Below, one piece after another: positions 12,752-23,304 of a DNA stretch of 64,000 bases. Positions within the stretch are counted from its first letter, which is position 1, and each line of letters starts with the position of its first letter. The notes beneath the pieces are model-generated. The model saw nothing but the letters and a program-made list of their open reading frames with translations. It did no database searches and was not told the DNA's origin. The translations under genes were made by a program, and so were the position numbers. The DNA is taken from contig BQFW01000004.1 in assembly GCA_020891255.1 (NCBI GenBank), positions 1,426,001 to 1,490,000 on the forward strand. The letters run 5' to 3'. The DNA is from Entomortierella parvispora E1425 (lineage: Eukaryota > Fungi > Mortierellomycota).

Positions 12752-14574
12752 TCACTCGTGGCGCTGATCCGTTGCGCCGTAGTTGTTGCCAGCGACCACT
12801 GGACCTGCAGCATCGTGGCGACGCGTTACTTGACCCTTCCCAAACGTGGAGTGGCTACTGCTCTCACCGGCGTGGTCATCGACAACATGGTGTACAGGGC
12901 GGTAAGAGTCAGAAGAGCTGCCTCCGTTTTCCTCGGCGTCGTCATCTGCAGAGGAACCTCCAGCAGTGGCAGATCCAGATAGAAGAGGTCTCTCAGCGGA
13001 AGTATCTTCATCCCCAAGGGCTTTTCTCCTGCGCTTGGCGTCCAAATACACCAGGCTGACAACAATAATAACCCAGTAGAGGATGTACCCACAAATGGTC
13101 CAGTACGATGCAATGTTGCTCCATCCCAAAATGGCATTGAAGACACTCCACCACTCTGCATCGGGCAACTTGGGGTCACAGCATTTCAAGGCCCAGATGT
13201 TAACACGAGGGTCGTATGTGGCCGCATCATCTGAAAGAGCTCCTGTCAAGTGCATCCATCGGTCGGCCTCGAACGCCGCAATGCCCTTGGCGACCAGACC
13301 TGCAGCGACCAAGAGCAGCAAACAGGTTGATCCAACAAAGAATGGCTGCAATCTCATCTTGTTTCCTCCTCTGTAGAGCATGAAGCCAATCAACATGCCC
13401 AAACCCACACCAGCCAAGACTGCGAAGGGAATCGCCTGAGGATCCTCTGTGAAGGTGACACCTCCAATAAACACCACGGCCTCCAATCCCTCTCTCAGGA
13501 CGGTGATCAGGGGAAGGATGAAGAGCGCGTACTTTCGAGATTGGTTTCCAAGTCCATGAGCGTTCTCGTCGTCCATAGCCTTGGCCAGCTTGATCTTCCA
13601 TTTCTCTTGCATCTGGTTCGTGCGCAGCATGGCGATACCCATGACGGTGATCATGATGACGGCCACAAAGGAGAAGCAACCAACCCAGAGGCCCTCGCTA
13701 GCCGCCCAAAGGTTGGTAGCATACATGTTCCTATGAAACACAAAAACGAATGAGTAGTTAGCAAGAGACAGTCGATCACCCAAACTGCGCGTTGTGCGAA
13801 TAGGGGGTGGGTGGAAGGCCAAAAAGAGATGGAAGGGTGAAATGATGTATGGGCAAAAGGCCGTGTCCCGCACAGGTCGCGCCGTGGCTAATCTGTGACC
13901 CAGATTGCCTGCGATGAACAATGGCCAAGTCATACGAAAAAGAGTATGGACCCGATGAATGACCCTGGTCCTGCCAAAGTTCTCACACACTCAACCCCAA
14001 ATAAGGCATAGATCACGAGGGCAAGGTAACCAAGACAAGCTAGGCGTACAAAACGATCTGATAAAGAGAACAACGGGAACAACAGTAGGAGAAAAAAAGA
14101 AAAAAAAGGAGCAGCCCAGCTCGAGGGTGGAGCAGGTTACTTACCACACAACAATGAACGCCGCTCCAATAGCAATTGATACCAGCAGCCCCAGGCCTGT
14201 CCCCGCCCAGACCTTATGTTTTGGTTTGCAACGGCCGGGGCGACAAGGGTGGAAGTAAAAGGAGGACAGGAAAGAAAGGAGGAAAGGATAGAAGCGAATA
14301 ACGGTTAGAAGACGTTGGATGAGAAAAGAAGCAGAACACATCTGCAGCATTGCTGGGTCTGGTCTGCATTCACATTCATTCATTCATTTCGTCTCTGCAG
14401 TCAATCTTTTTTGTTCATTTGTACCTGGCGAGCAAGACGCTTTCTCATGACGACATCGTCGGTCAAGACCTGGCTCAAGAAAGAGAGCAGGACCGAGACA
14501 ATGATAGCAGCCTCAGTGGTCTCTCGAAAGATAATAAAAAAGATGGGGAGCGAAAAGTAGTCTTCTGCGCCCAT
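12752..14574 (-). CDS. FTR1: High-affinity iron permease, FTR1 family
   Basis: ATG 14574 [30 protein letters not shown] (first RExxE motif); [10 protein letters not shown]; second motif [16 protein letters not shown]; ILGWSNIAS. Intron 2 spans 13731-14144. Confidence 0.95.
14056..14064 (+). promoter_or_regulatory. ATCTGATAA iron-responsive GATA repressor site (SreA/Fep1/Urbs1 type) in FTR1 intron 2
   Basis: Perfect match to ATCWGATAA, inside the unusually long (414 bp) intron of an iron-uptake gene. Confidence 0.6.
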
Positions 14575-14886
14575 GGTGGTTGTGTTCCGGTGTCGCGGGT
14601 GCGTTTAACGGAGGGAAGGTGGGAGATGGAGGTCGGGCGATGAGGTAGGGGGATGGATGCAGCCAGAGGAGATCAATCAGCAGAAAGCAAAATGCGTAAC
14701 AGAGTAAGAGGGTGAAGGGGAAAGAAGAGGAATGGATGCAACTGAAAAGGGGTGCATTGTGCTTGCACCAGAGTCGAAGAGTCAAAAGTGCCCCGTGCAG
14801 TGTCTCCCGCCCTTCGCTGATTCCTTCAAATGAGAGCCGACTCAATCCGACAGGCTGCAAAGTCGCACACACAAGGAGAAAAAAAA

Positions 14887-14925
14887 ATCTGATAAGGCCC
14901 AGTGGCTTGGGAAATTTTATCTGAT
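14887..14925. promoter_or_regulatory. Inverted pair of ATCWGATAA sites in the FTR1 promoter
   Basis: ATCTGATAA at 14887-14895 (+) and ATCAGATAA at 14925-14917 (-), 21 bp apart, 313-351 bp upstream of the FTR1 ATG. Confidence 0.75.
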
Positions 14926-14935
14926 TCAAACGATG

Positions 14936-17431
14936 CTACACTGACTGCAGCAGCAGCCCTGCCATGGCCTCTTCTGTGCGGATTCCTCGTCGAGCGCCTT
15001 CCAACCGCTTAGCCAAGACTGTCCTGATCGTTTCGAGGCTCATGATCGATGCCGCTGTCGGTCGCTGGTCATAGTCTGGCTGCAGCATGTCCATTGTCAG
15101 CTGCAAGAGCTCGTGGGAAAACTTTCGCTCTTTTGGACTCCCTGTCATCATCTCCGATTGCGCGTACGAAAGAGGCATTGCCGGTGGCGGTCGTGAACTA
15201 TCAGGAGCACTGCCTGGTGAGGTTTCGATGCTTGACTGAATGGCAGCTCTCAAACTAGCTGCTGCCACCGCTTTCGGCCCACCAATGTCATCTTCCAAAT
15301 GGAATTGGCCGTCTCGAAGTCGATGCCACTCCTTGCCCTCTCCTGGTAGATCTCCAATCTGATTCGTGAGCATCTCATATATAGTCATACCCAAGCTGAA
15401 AATATCAGAGAATTTGCCGCACTTGCCATTCAGTAGCTCTTGAGGTAGGTAAAACTTGTCTCCCTCAGGAATATCGTGGCCAGACTCAAGAGGGAGCGCC
15501 ATCGAGAGGCCAAAGTCGCCGATCTTCAGTGACCCCGTCGCTGTGATAAACACATTTTCTGGCTTGATATCAAGATGAAGGATATTGCTATCATGGATAG
15601 CACGTAGCCCCTAAATTAACGTGAAATAGTGAGTAAATGGCTGTATATGACCCCATATCTGCATGGAAGAGGATGAACTTACCGATGCAAGATCCGTCAA
15701 ACACCTCCATACTCGTCTTTCATCGCAACCCTTATACTTTTTTTGCGCCAACAGTGCTGCCTTGAAACTTGAGTTTGATGTCATAGATAAATGACAACAA
15801 TTCGTTAAAAACAGTAAATATTGAAATATTGGCGTCATGGGTAGATTGTCATTTTCTTCGTCGCACTTACTTTCCAAGCTTACATAGCTCGAACCGCATG
15901 TAAATTTTTCCTTTTTGCTCCCAAGCCTCCAGTAACTGCACTACGTGGGGATTCTTTTCTATCCGCCACATATTCCGTACTTCATTCAGGTATTGTTTCC
16001 TATAAAAAAAATTTACAAGTGAGCAATGGTGAATAAGCATTTTCCACGAAGAGAGTGAAACGTGTAGCCTCTAGAGTTGAATCAGACTCACCTCTCCAAG
16101 GCGCCTTGCACGGTCCTCAGTAGCCTCTTCACCGCAAAAAACTCTTTGTTTTTCTTGCTCTGTACTTTCAATACATCTGCAAATTGTCCTGCCCCGAGGA
16201 CCGTCTCGTTGACAAAGAAATTGGACTTCAGGTAATCCGGATAGATTCGTGATCTGGCTTTAGACTGGGTAAACATGACTATGGAAGAAGTCGGTTAGTC
16301 CAGGATATATGATGAATCATACAGAGCACCGAATGAATTTCAGGCATACCTCTACTGTCCAGTCGGAATAGTTCTTCCAAGTACTCCTCGGTCAAGTGAT
16401 GTGGATAATCGGAATACCACTGACTTTCCGACAAATAGTCTAGCTCAAACCGCGCTTTTGGCTTTGATGAACCGATAAACGGATTGTCTTCACTTCCCGA
16501 CGGAGAGGTTGATCCCGCATGTAATGAGCCAAATAAATGAAAAGGACTGGACTTTACAGGCGTTCCAGGGGGTGTGCCAAAATTGAGAGGCCGCACGGGG
16601 GAGAATCCGTTTGGGCTACATTCCAGATCTGAAGAGTCGGCACGGATAAAATCTGGTAGCTTTGGGGCCGCCCCCTGCTCGGATGGGTCTGCGCGGAGGA
16701 AATCAGGCAGCTTCGGCACACTGTCCGCGTCTAGAGATATAGATATAAGTCTTTTGATCAGAAGAGACACTCTTGAGATGAATTTTTCTGCTCAGTTATC
16801 CTAGACGTACCCATTCCTGGATGATTCCTGAGTCCTTTGTTTTTAGTTCTTGGACCTTCTCCTGGGCTTGGTGTTTGCGGATGTTTTCCGAGTAACGAAC
16901 CGTTCTCGTGCATCCTCGTAAGCAACGAGCTTGACCTGGCAAAAGGTCTGTAATATCCCCTTGATTTCGTTGGTGTCGAGAGAGCACCCTCGTCGTCAAA
17001 GCCGTCATCAATTTTATCCTTTGACATCATAAAGAATCGCTTGGTTGCTATCGGAACATCTCTTGCCCCTTCTAGAAGAGGCAAGGGGTTCTTATGAGGG
17101 AGAGGGGTCGAATAAGCCGAGATCGATACTCGTCGAGACCGCAATGTATCCATCCGCGCCTGAAAAAACGATTCTGGGAGAGATGTTGATAAGGACGAGT
17201 CGCTTCCAGCTCCTTGACCTTCGTCCTCCAAGTCAACATCCATGGGGTCCTTTTCAAAATCCAGCTCTTCCTGTGATATACTGCGCGGCAAGGGAGGCGG
17301 AGTCGAAGCAATCGGAGAATCTGTATCGCAGCAATAAGGACAAGAAGTCAGTATGAACCATCACCTATGGGTAAAGGCTAGACACTATCCTCGCGAGGGG
17401 ACATACTTTCTGGGCGTGTCATGGGAGGCAT
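14936..17431 (-). CDS. WEE1: Wee1/Swe1/Myt1-family CDK-inhibitory kinase
   Basis: LGAGQFADVLKV..FFAVKR, YLNEVRNM, ILHLDIKPENVFI, LKIGDFGL, EGDKFYLPQELL, SDIFSLG, QRPTA. The start codon is approximate. Confidence 0.88.
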
Positions 17432-19165
17432 CAGATCCCGTGTGAGGTATATAGACAATGAGATTTCTTCGGACTCGAGCCAGGTATGTTTTGGTGGCGT
17501 AAGAGAGCAAATGGGCAGGACGCTGTGCTTGCAGACAAGGTTGTGATTAGATGGATTGAGGGGGGCGTCCTCTTCTTGTGGTAATTGGCACCTGGGGTAA
17601 GAGAGAGGATGTGAGGGGGTGGGAATGCAGGATGGGAGAAAGAGAGTGGGAGGGGGCGAATGAATGAACGAACGGGGCCGAAGTAGTTGGTGGCGAAGAA
17701 AAACGATCCCGTGACCGCTTTTGGTTTGACTGAAAGCGAAATGGTGCGCCACCAACTCGGACCTTTCTGCTGTTTTTGTGAGTGGGTGTGCGAGAGTGCA
17801 GTATGGGGTGTGGTGGGTGGGGGTGGGGACACAGCCCTGGGATGGGAAGGAAACAAGTCCAATAATTGCATTATGGTGAGCACGCAGGGAAGGGGGGCAA
17901 GCGCAGGTTGCACGCAGGAACGCGCGGGTGGCACAGACAGGCCTTGTCCTCTCCCTGTCCCTCTGTCCCATGGGCATCATGCAAGCCAGAGGCCCAATCC
18001 CAGGGGGGCATGAACCAAGGACCGGTAGCGGCTGGGCAAGCAAACGTGGCATCTCCGATGCAGCAGGCCTTTCCGTGTCTGCTCGTCATGTCCATCGGCC
18101 TGTCTGTCTGTGGTCCCTGCCCCGATACACACCTGGTCAGCCCCGGTCAGGCGGCACTGCCATCATGGCAGCTCCCAGGGCGGGAATCCGATGTGGAGCC
18201 CTTTGTGTCCCCCTTTTTCCATGCCCAAGTGCTTGCATCAAAGATCAGGGATGAGAACTAAAAAGACTATCCTCCCGGGATCCCGTTCGCCCACTTGTCC
18301 GTCTGCCTGCCTGCCTGTATGTCTGTCTTCCTGGCTGTCTGACTGCTCTCTTGATCTCTGATGCACCGCTGGAGGTCGACCATGGGATGAGTGAAGTGAT
18401 CCGCAGAACCCTCCTCCCGCTGTTCCCTCTGCCCCTTTCATATCCCACTTCCAGATCAAACCTCCTTTTTCCTTCTCTCTCTCTTTCCTTCCCTCTCTCT
18501 TTCCTTCTCTCTTTTTCTCTCTCTCTTTGTTCACTCTTTGACTTTTGCCTTCGTTTGTCCCCCTCTTTCTTCCACGAGCACCTTTTTTTTTTTGCACAGT
18601 CGTCCACACTCACCCTCGCGGCCATTCATGCAACATCCCTTTTCAATCGTTGGTCTATTTCCCTGCACCCATCCGCCTTTTTTTAATCTTCTTTGCTCCG
18701 TCATCAAGCAACGCTTTCTGCCAAATTTGTCTCCACGACCCTCACGAACGCTTCCTCTGCTCTCGAACACACGCCACAAGGACTCCTCTTTTACCTCTTC
18801 CTCCTTTCTCTCCCCCTCCTCGGCTCACAAAACTCGCATTGCCTCTTACTCTTCTTGTCCTCGCTAGGCTCCTGCTGTCTTTATAATCCTGCAGATTGGC
18901 TGAAATCCCCTTGCTCAATTGCTTATTTCTTTCCTCGTTTCTTCTTTTTGCCCTCTCGTTTCTGTATTTGCATGAACCTTCTTCAATGATCGCCCACTTT
19001 TGACTTTTTAATACCTTCGCTCCTATTCCTACCCTCCAACTCCTTTTTCCCATTCCACTATAAATCAACTCGCCTCTCTGTATTGCCTCGCGGATCACTT
19101 TTACCATCTACTCGACACTCCCTATATCCCAATACCCACGTCCCATCCCATAATCACCCAGTTAA

Positions 19166-22100
19166 ATGCCAGGAAGACCCATGAAGTGCGAAATCAAAGT
19201 AACATACCGTGAGGACAGCAGAAAGCTGGACCGGACTTTTGAATTTCTGTCAGAGACGACTTGTCGTCAAGCCGTTGAACAGGTAACGGATCAAATGGAA
19301 TCTATATGTGTATGCGACTCTTTTTTTTTTCGCTTGCGGAAAGGGATGAGGACTGGGGGGTACATAAGATTTTGACACGCTTTTTTGATCCTTTGGACTT
19401 TTGTTCATAGGTCTGCTCTGCCTTTGCCCTGCACAGCGATTGGACGATGGCCATGTATGTGGAGGACACGCACAACAACGAAAAGGAGGTAGAGTCGATC
19501 CACTATCACTTCCTGTCCCACTGACCCTATTATTCCATCATTGCTCTCAAAAAAAACAGGTATAGCAGGAAGCACGGAGGCTGGATCCACGATGATACGC
19601 GTCTCGTCGATATTGAATTCAAGGGCCAGGTAAGTCCTCCTACGGTGCAAACAAAAGGCAGTAGAAGAATGCTGAAACACTTGGAAGCTATCCTGACACC
19701 CAGTCCGTGCCTCAGAAAACATTAGAGCTACGGAAAAAGACATCTTCGTTCTTTGAAGTCTCCCCTTGCACATATTTGGAACAATCCAAAGTAGGTTCTA
19801 TTCGAAATCCAGTGGACTCCACTTCTCCGACTCCGAATGCTAACCAAGGGTGGTGTATTTCAACTGTTTGCATTTACAAGACCTCTTTACGCGATTCGGG
19901 GATCCTTCGCGGTCCAAGTTCCCCTATCGACCATCATCGACTTTTCAACTTTTTTCGATCTTCAGACGACCATCCACAACACCAAATGCTCGTATCAAAG
20001 TTTCAAAATGGCAGCATTTACCTCTCCGTGATCATATTGAACAGCGACGGCAAGATTTTGCTCAGTCCGGCTGGTCTCCCTCCCACCATCATGGTCTCTA
20101 CAGTGGATAGGGGAAACTACTACAATTTTGACACGGAATCTGCAGATTTCGCATGGATGTTCAAGACTACTCTTGATTGGTCATCAGAAAAGGTGGAGAT
20201 GGCCCCATCGACTTCTATGTCCCTACTCCAGACCCTTTCCTCCTCGCCCCCATCCTCCTCTTCTTCTTCGGCACGTCAACGTCGATATTCCTCAGACGCA
20301 GCAAGCCTACTTTCTCAGATGGAGATGAAACCCTTCACTCCTTCAGATACTAAACCATCCACCACCCTCTCACCGCAAGCGAGTACCCGAAAATCGCTCT
20401 CTATCAATCGCGCCGGTAGCCCAAATCTTCTCATTCCGAATCGAAACGCCCTCACTAGCAGTATTAGCTCAGTCTCCATGGATCGGGCCTCTGTACTCTC
20501 TGATACGAGTGGGAACACTGGCACACCGTTGGCCTCATCCACTGTAACACCCTCTCTCGCAGCAGGACGACAGTCGTTTCAATATAAGGATCGACAAAAT
20601 GACTACAGACGGGAGAACAGTCTTCGACAGGAATATGTTGCAGCAGTGGAAAGATTGCAGCGGCGATTGGGAATCGCACCTATCGACTTACTCCACAATC
20701 GGGTGATGGATCTGCCACAGGTGGGCGCAAAATGTATCATGGCTATCCAATACGTGAAGGATAACCAAAGGGATCAGATCGCGCAAGAACTATTGCACAT
20801 GGGATCGTTCCGTTGGAGGCACGTCGAGTCTGTGTCCAACTCCATCTACACGAGAAAGGAGCCCATCTGGTCCGAGCTTGTGAGTTACTATGACAGTGTT
20901 CGAGGTGAGTGACTATAGCTCTGGTGGAAATAATAAGGGTCAGAGGTGCAGTCTCTTGGGTGAAAGCCAATATTCCAACCGTTCAACTCCTTTTCAATCT
21001 CAATAGTCTCGCGTCCGACTTCGGGACTTTACATTGGACTCTATTACACCGAGAGCACTATGGCCGGCCTGCAAATTTTGGTTCCTAGGAACCGACGGAC
21101 ATTTATGCCATTGGTGAAGGTCCGAGAGGACGCAAACTTGAGTAAGGAAGAGTGGACCTGGATGCAATCAACGACGAATATGGATCTCAACCAGCTAGCG
21201 AAAAACTGTGCCGTGCCCAAGGAAGATCCATTGCACCATCTCAAGGTCGAGTTTGCGCATTCGACAGCGAAATTGTCCAGACTCACACAACTGAAATGGA
21301 ATCCCTCCGATATTTACACAGTCGATACAATGAAGGTGGTCGTCCAGGATGAGGATGTTGAGGCAGAAGATGGTTCAACAGAAACAGCGAACAGTGGTCA
21401 TGGTTGGGGACAGGGTCTCGCGGCCATGAGCCAGGACCCAATCTGGAAGGAGTTTCTCAATACTGACGACGGCAGCCTTCGTCAGCAGCCCGGTGTACAG
21501 GATTCCAATCAAGGCTCTAAAGGACGGAGGATGAACTCTTTGCGAGTCATCATGTTCATCAAGCCTACGCGTCATGCAACCCAGCCACAGGAGCACTTCA
21601 ACCGACAGCTCTTTGAGCTATGCCCCTTCAACTTGTTTGATGCCCTCCATCACTCAGTCTTCAACGCGTCTATGTACCATCAGCTTCGAAAGACTATGCT
21701 CCAGGTCACAAACGACATTGGTGATCTTGAACTTGAGATTGAGATGGATATAGAGGAGGATTTGCAGAGGAGTCGCCGATGCAGTGTCGGGAGTGGCCAC
21801 CACTATAACGATAGTATGGACAACAACAGGATGATAGGCTCGCTTCTGATTGATAAGCTTGGTATCAAGGGCGAGCCAGAGATTAACGGACCAGGATCAT
21901 TCCGACAGCAAGGTCAAGACCCGCGTCACCGATCTAGCTTTATTGGGGACATTGCCATTCATGGTTTAGGATCTGCAAGTGGAAGCAACAGACGGCGGGA
22001 CTCTAGTGCCTCAACTCATTCATTATTAGAGGCGATCGAGCGCAGCACCACCACCGCACCTTCTGTCTCCTCTGTTCTTTCACTGGCCTCTACACTGTCC

Positions 22101-23225
22101 TCCTTGAGCAACGAGACCTATGCGACTGTACCGCCCATTCCTGATAGTCATGAGAGGAGGAGTGACGTGGGTCTTTCTGATCAAGCACCCATGGGCTCCT
22201 CTTTCTCGACAAGGTCTTTTTCAACTTCGTCCTCGGGATCGTCATCCTCCTCCTTTGCTGCAGAGTGGAGTCAGGCCAATATGACGCTTGCCAAGCCTAT
22301 GGCGCTGTTGGCGTATGAGCAGGAGCAGCTTTCCAATGCATTCACTGAACGCTCAAGGTCAAGATCCGGACCCAGATTGTGCCTGGATGACTTTGAAACA
22401 ACGCCAGTTTTCAGTCGCAGCAGTAGTAGCAACAATCTCTTGTGCCTGGAGGTTAATGACAACCACCCCAGCGTCGTTGCTGGGCCCTCACCCATTCCTC
22501 CACAAGCAGCACCAATTCTTCCTCCTGTGCTTCCTCTACAGCGCCACAAATCTGTCAATCTACGCGTGGAGAATCTACCTCCGCTGTCACCTCCACCGAA
22601 CGCTGCCCGACACCGTCGTAGCCATAGCCATATTCAGGGTTTCGAATGGGGCAGCAACGGCAGCAATAGCATCAGTGGCGGCGGGAACGGCTTACCCCTG
22701 TCATCTCCACCTCCCCCTGCGAGTTCCGCTCAGGAGCGATCTCGTGCTACCAGCCATTCCTCCGCCGGTTCCATTTCCCATCCTTCCTGTCATCCCCTCT
22801 CCTCTTCTTACCGAGGCTCCCGACATCTCTCAGCTAGCTCCAGAGCTTCTTCGCCCTTCGCCCCTTCGCAGCCATGCCATCACCATCAAAGTGCAGCACA
22901 GCAGATGGCGTGCTCGTGTCAACAGCAGCAACTTCAACGACTTCAACACCCGTGCTCGCCTGAACTTGAGCGGTTATCGCAGCAACAACAGGCTTTCCAG
23001 GAGCAGTGGCGACTCATCTCTTGGACACGCCAGCTCAACGAATGGGACCATGCTCGAATGCTCAGGACCCAGGAAGATCTGTTTGGGTCTTCTTTGAACT
23101 TTGGGGTCAATGTCACTTCAGGCACCAACATCCCCAGCTCTCCTCTAGTGATTCCTGCAACACCCGTCAGTGAAACCACACCCAACACCATTGTCCCCTC
23201 CACCGCCCCCACCAGCAGTAACTAA
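19166..23225 (+). CDS. Uncharacterised protein of about 1200 aa: ubiquitin-like (talin-F0-like) N-terminus, conserved fungal central domain, Ser-rich disordered C-terminus
   Basis: Exons 19166-19282, 19411-19454, 19560-19629, 19716-19790, 19881-20904 and 21007-23225 join in frame with canonical GT-AG sites. The 19791-19880 intron is in frame and inferred from its GTAGGT donor and GCTAAC branch site. Confidence 0.75.
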
Positions 23226-23304
23226 GTACGCAACTCTGGGCATGCAACTCTTGATCAGCATGAATGAAGCCTGCAAATAAATGAAAAAAAGAGACATGAT
23301 TTTA

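Noticed and set aside
12990-13030. AERPLL in the FTR1 tail as a vacuolar dileucine signal
   Set aside because: The spacing does not match [DE]xxxL[LI], so it is insufficient to call an Fth1-like vacuolar localisation.
17432-19165. Many short overlapping ORFs in the Wee1 / uncharacterised-gene divergent region
   Set aside because: They arise from CT and GA microsatellite-like sequence typical of fungal promoters and have no coding signature.
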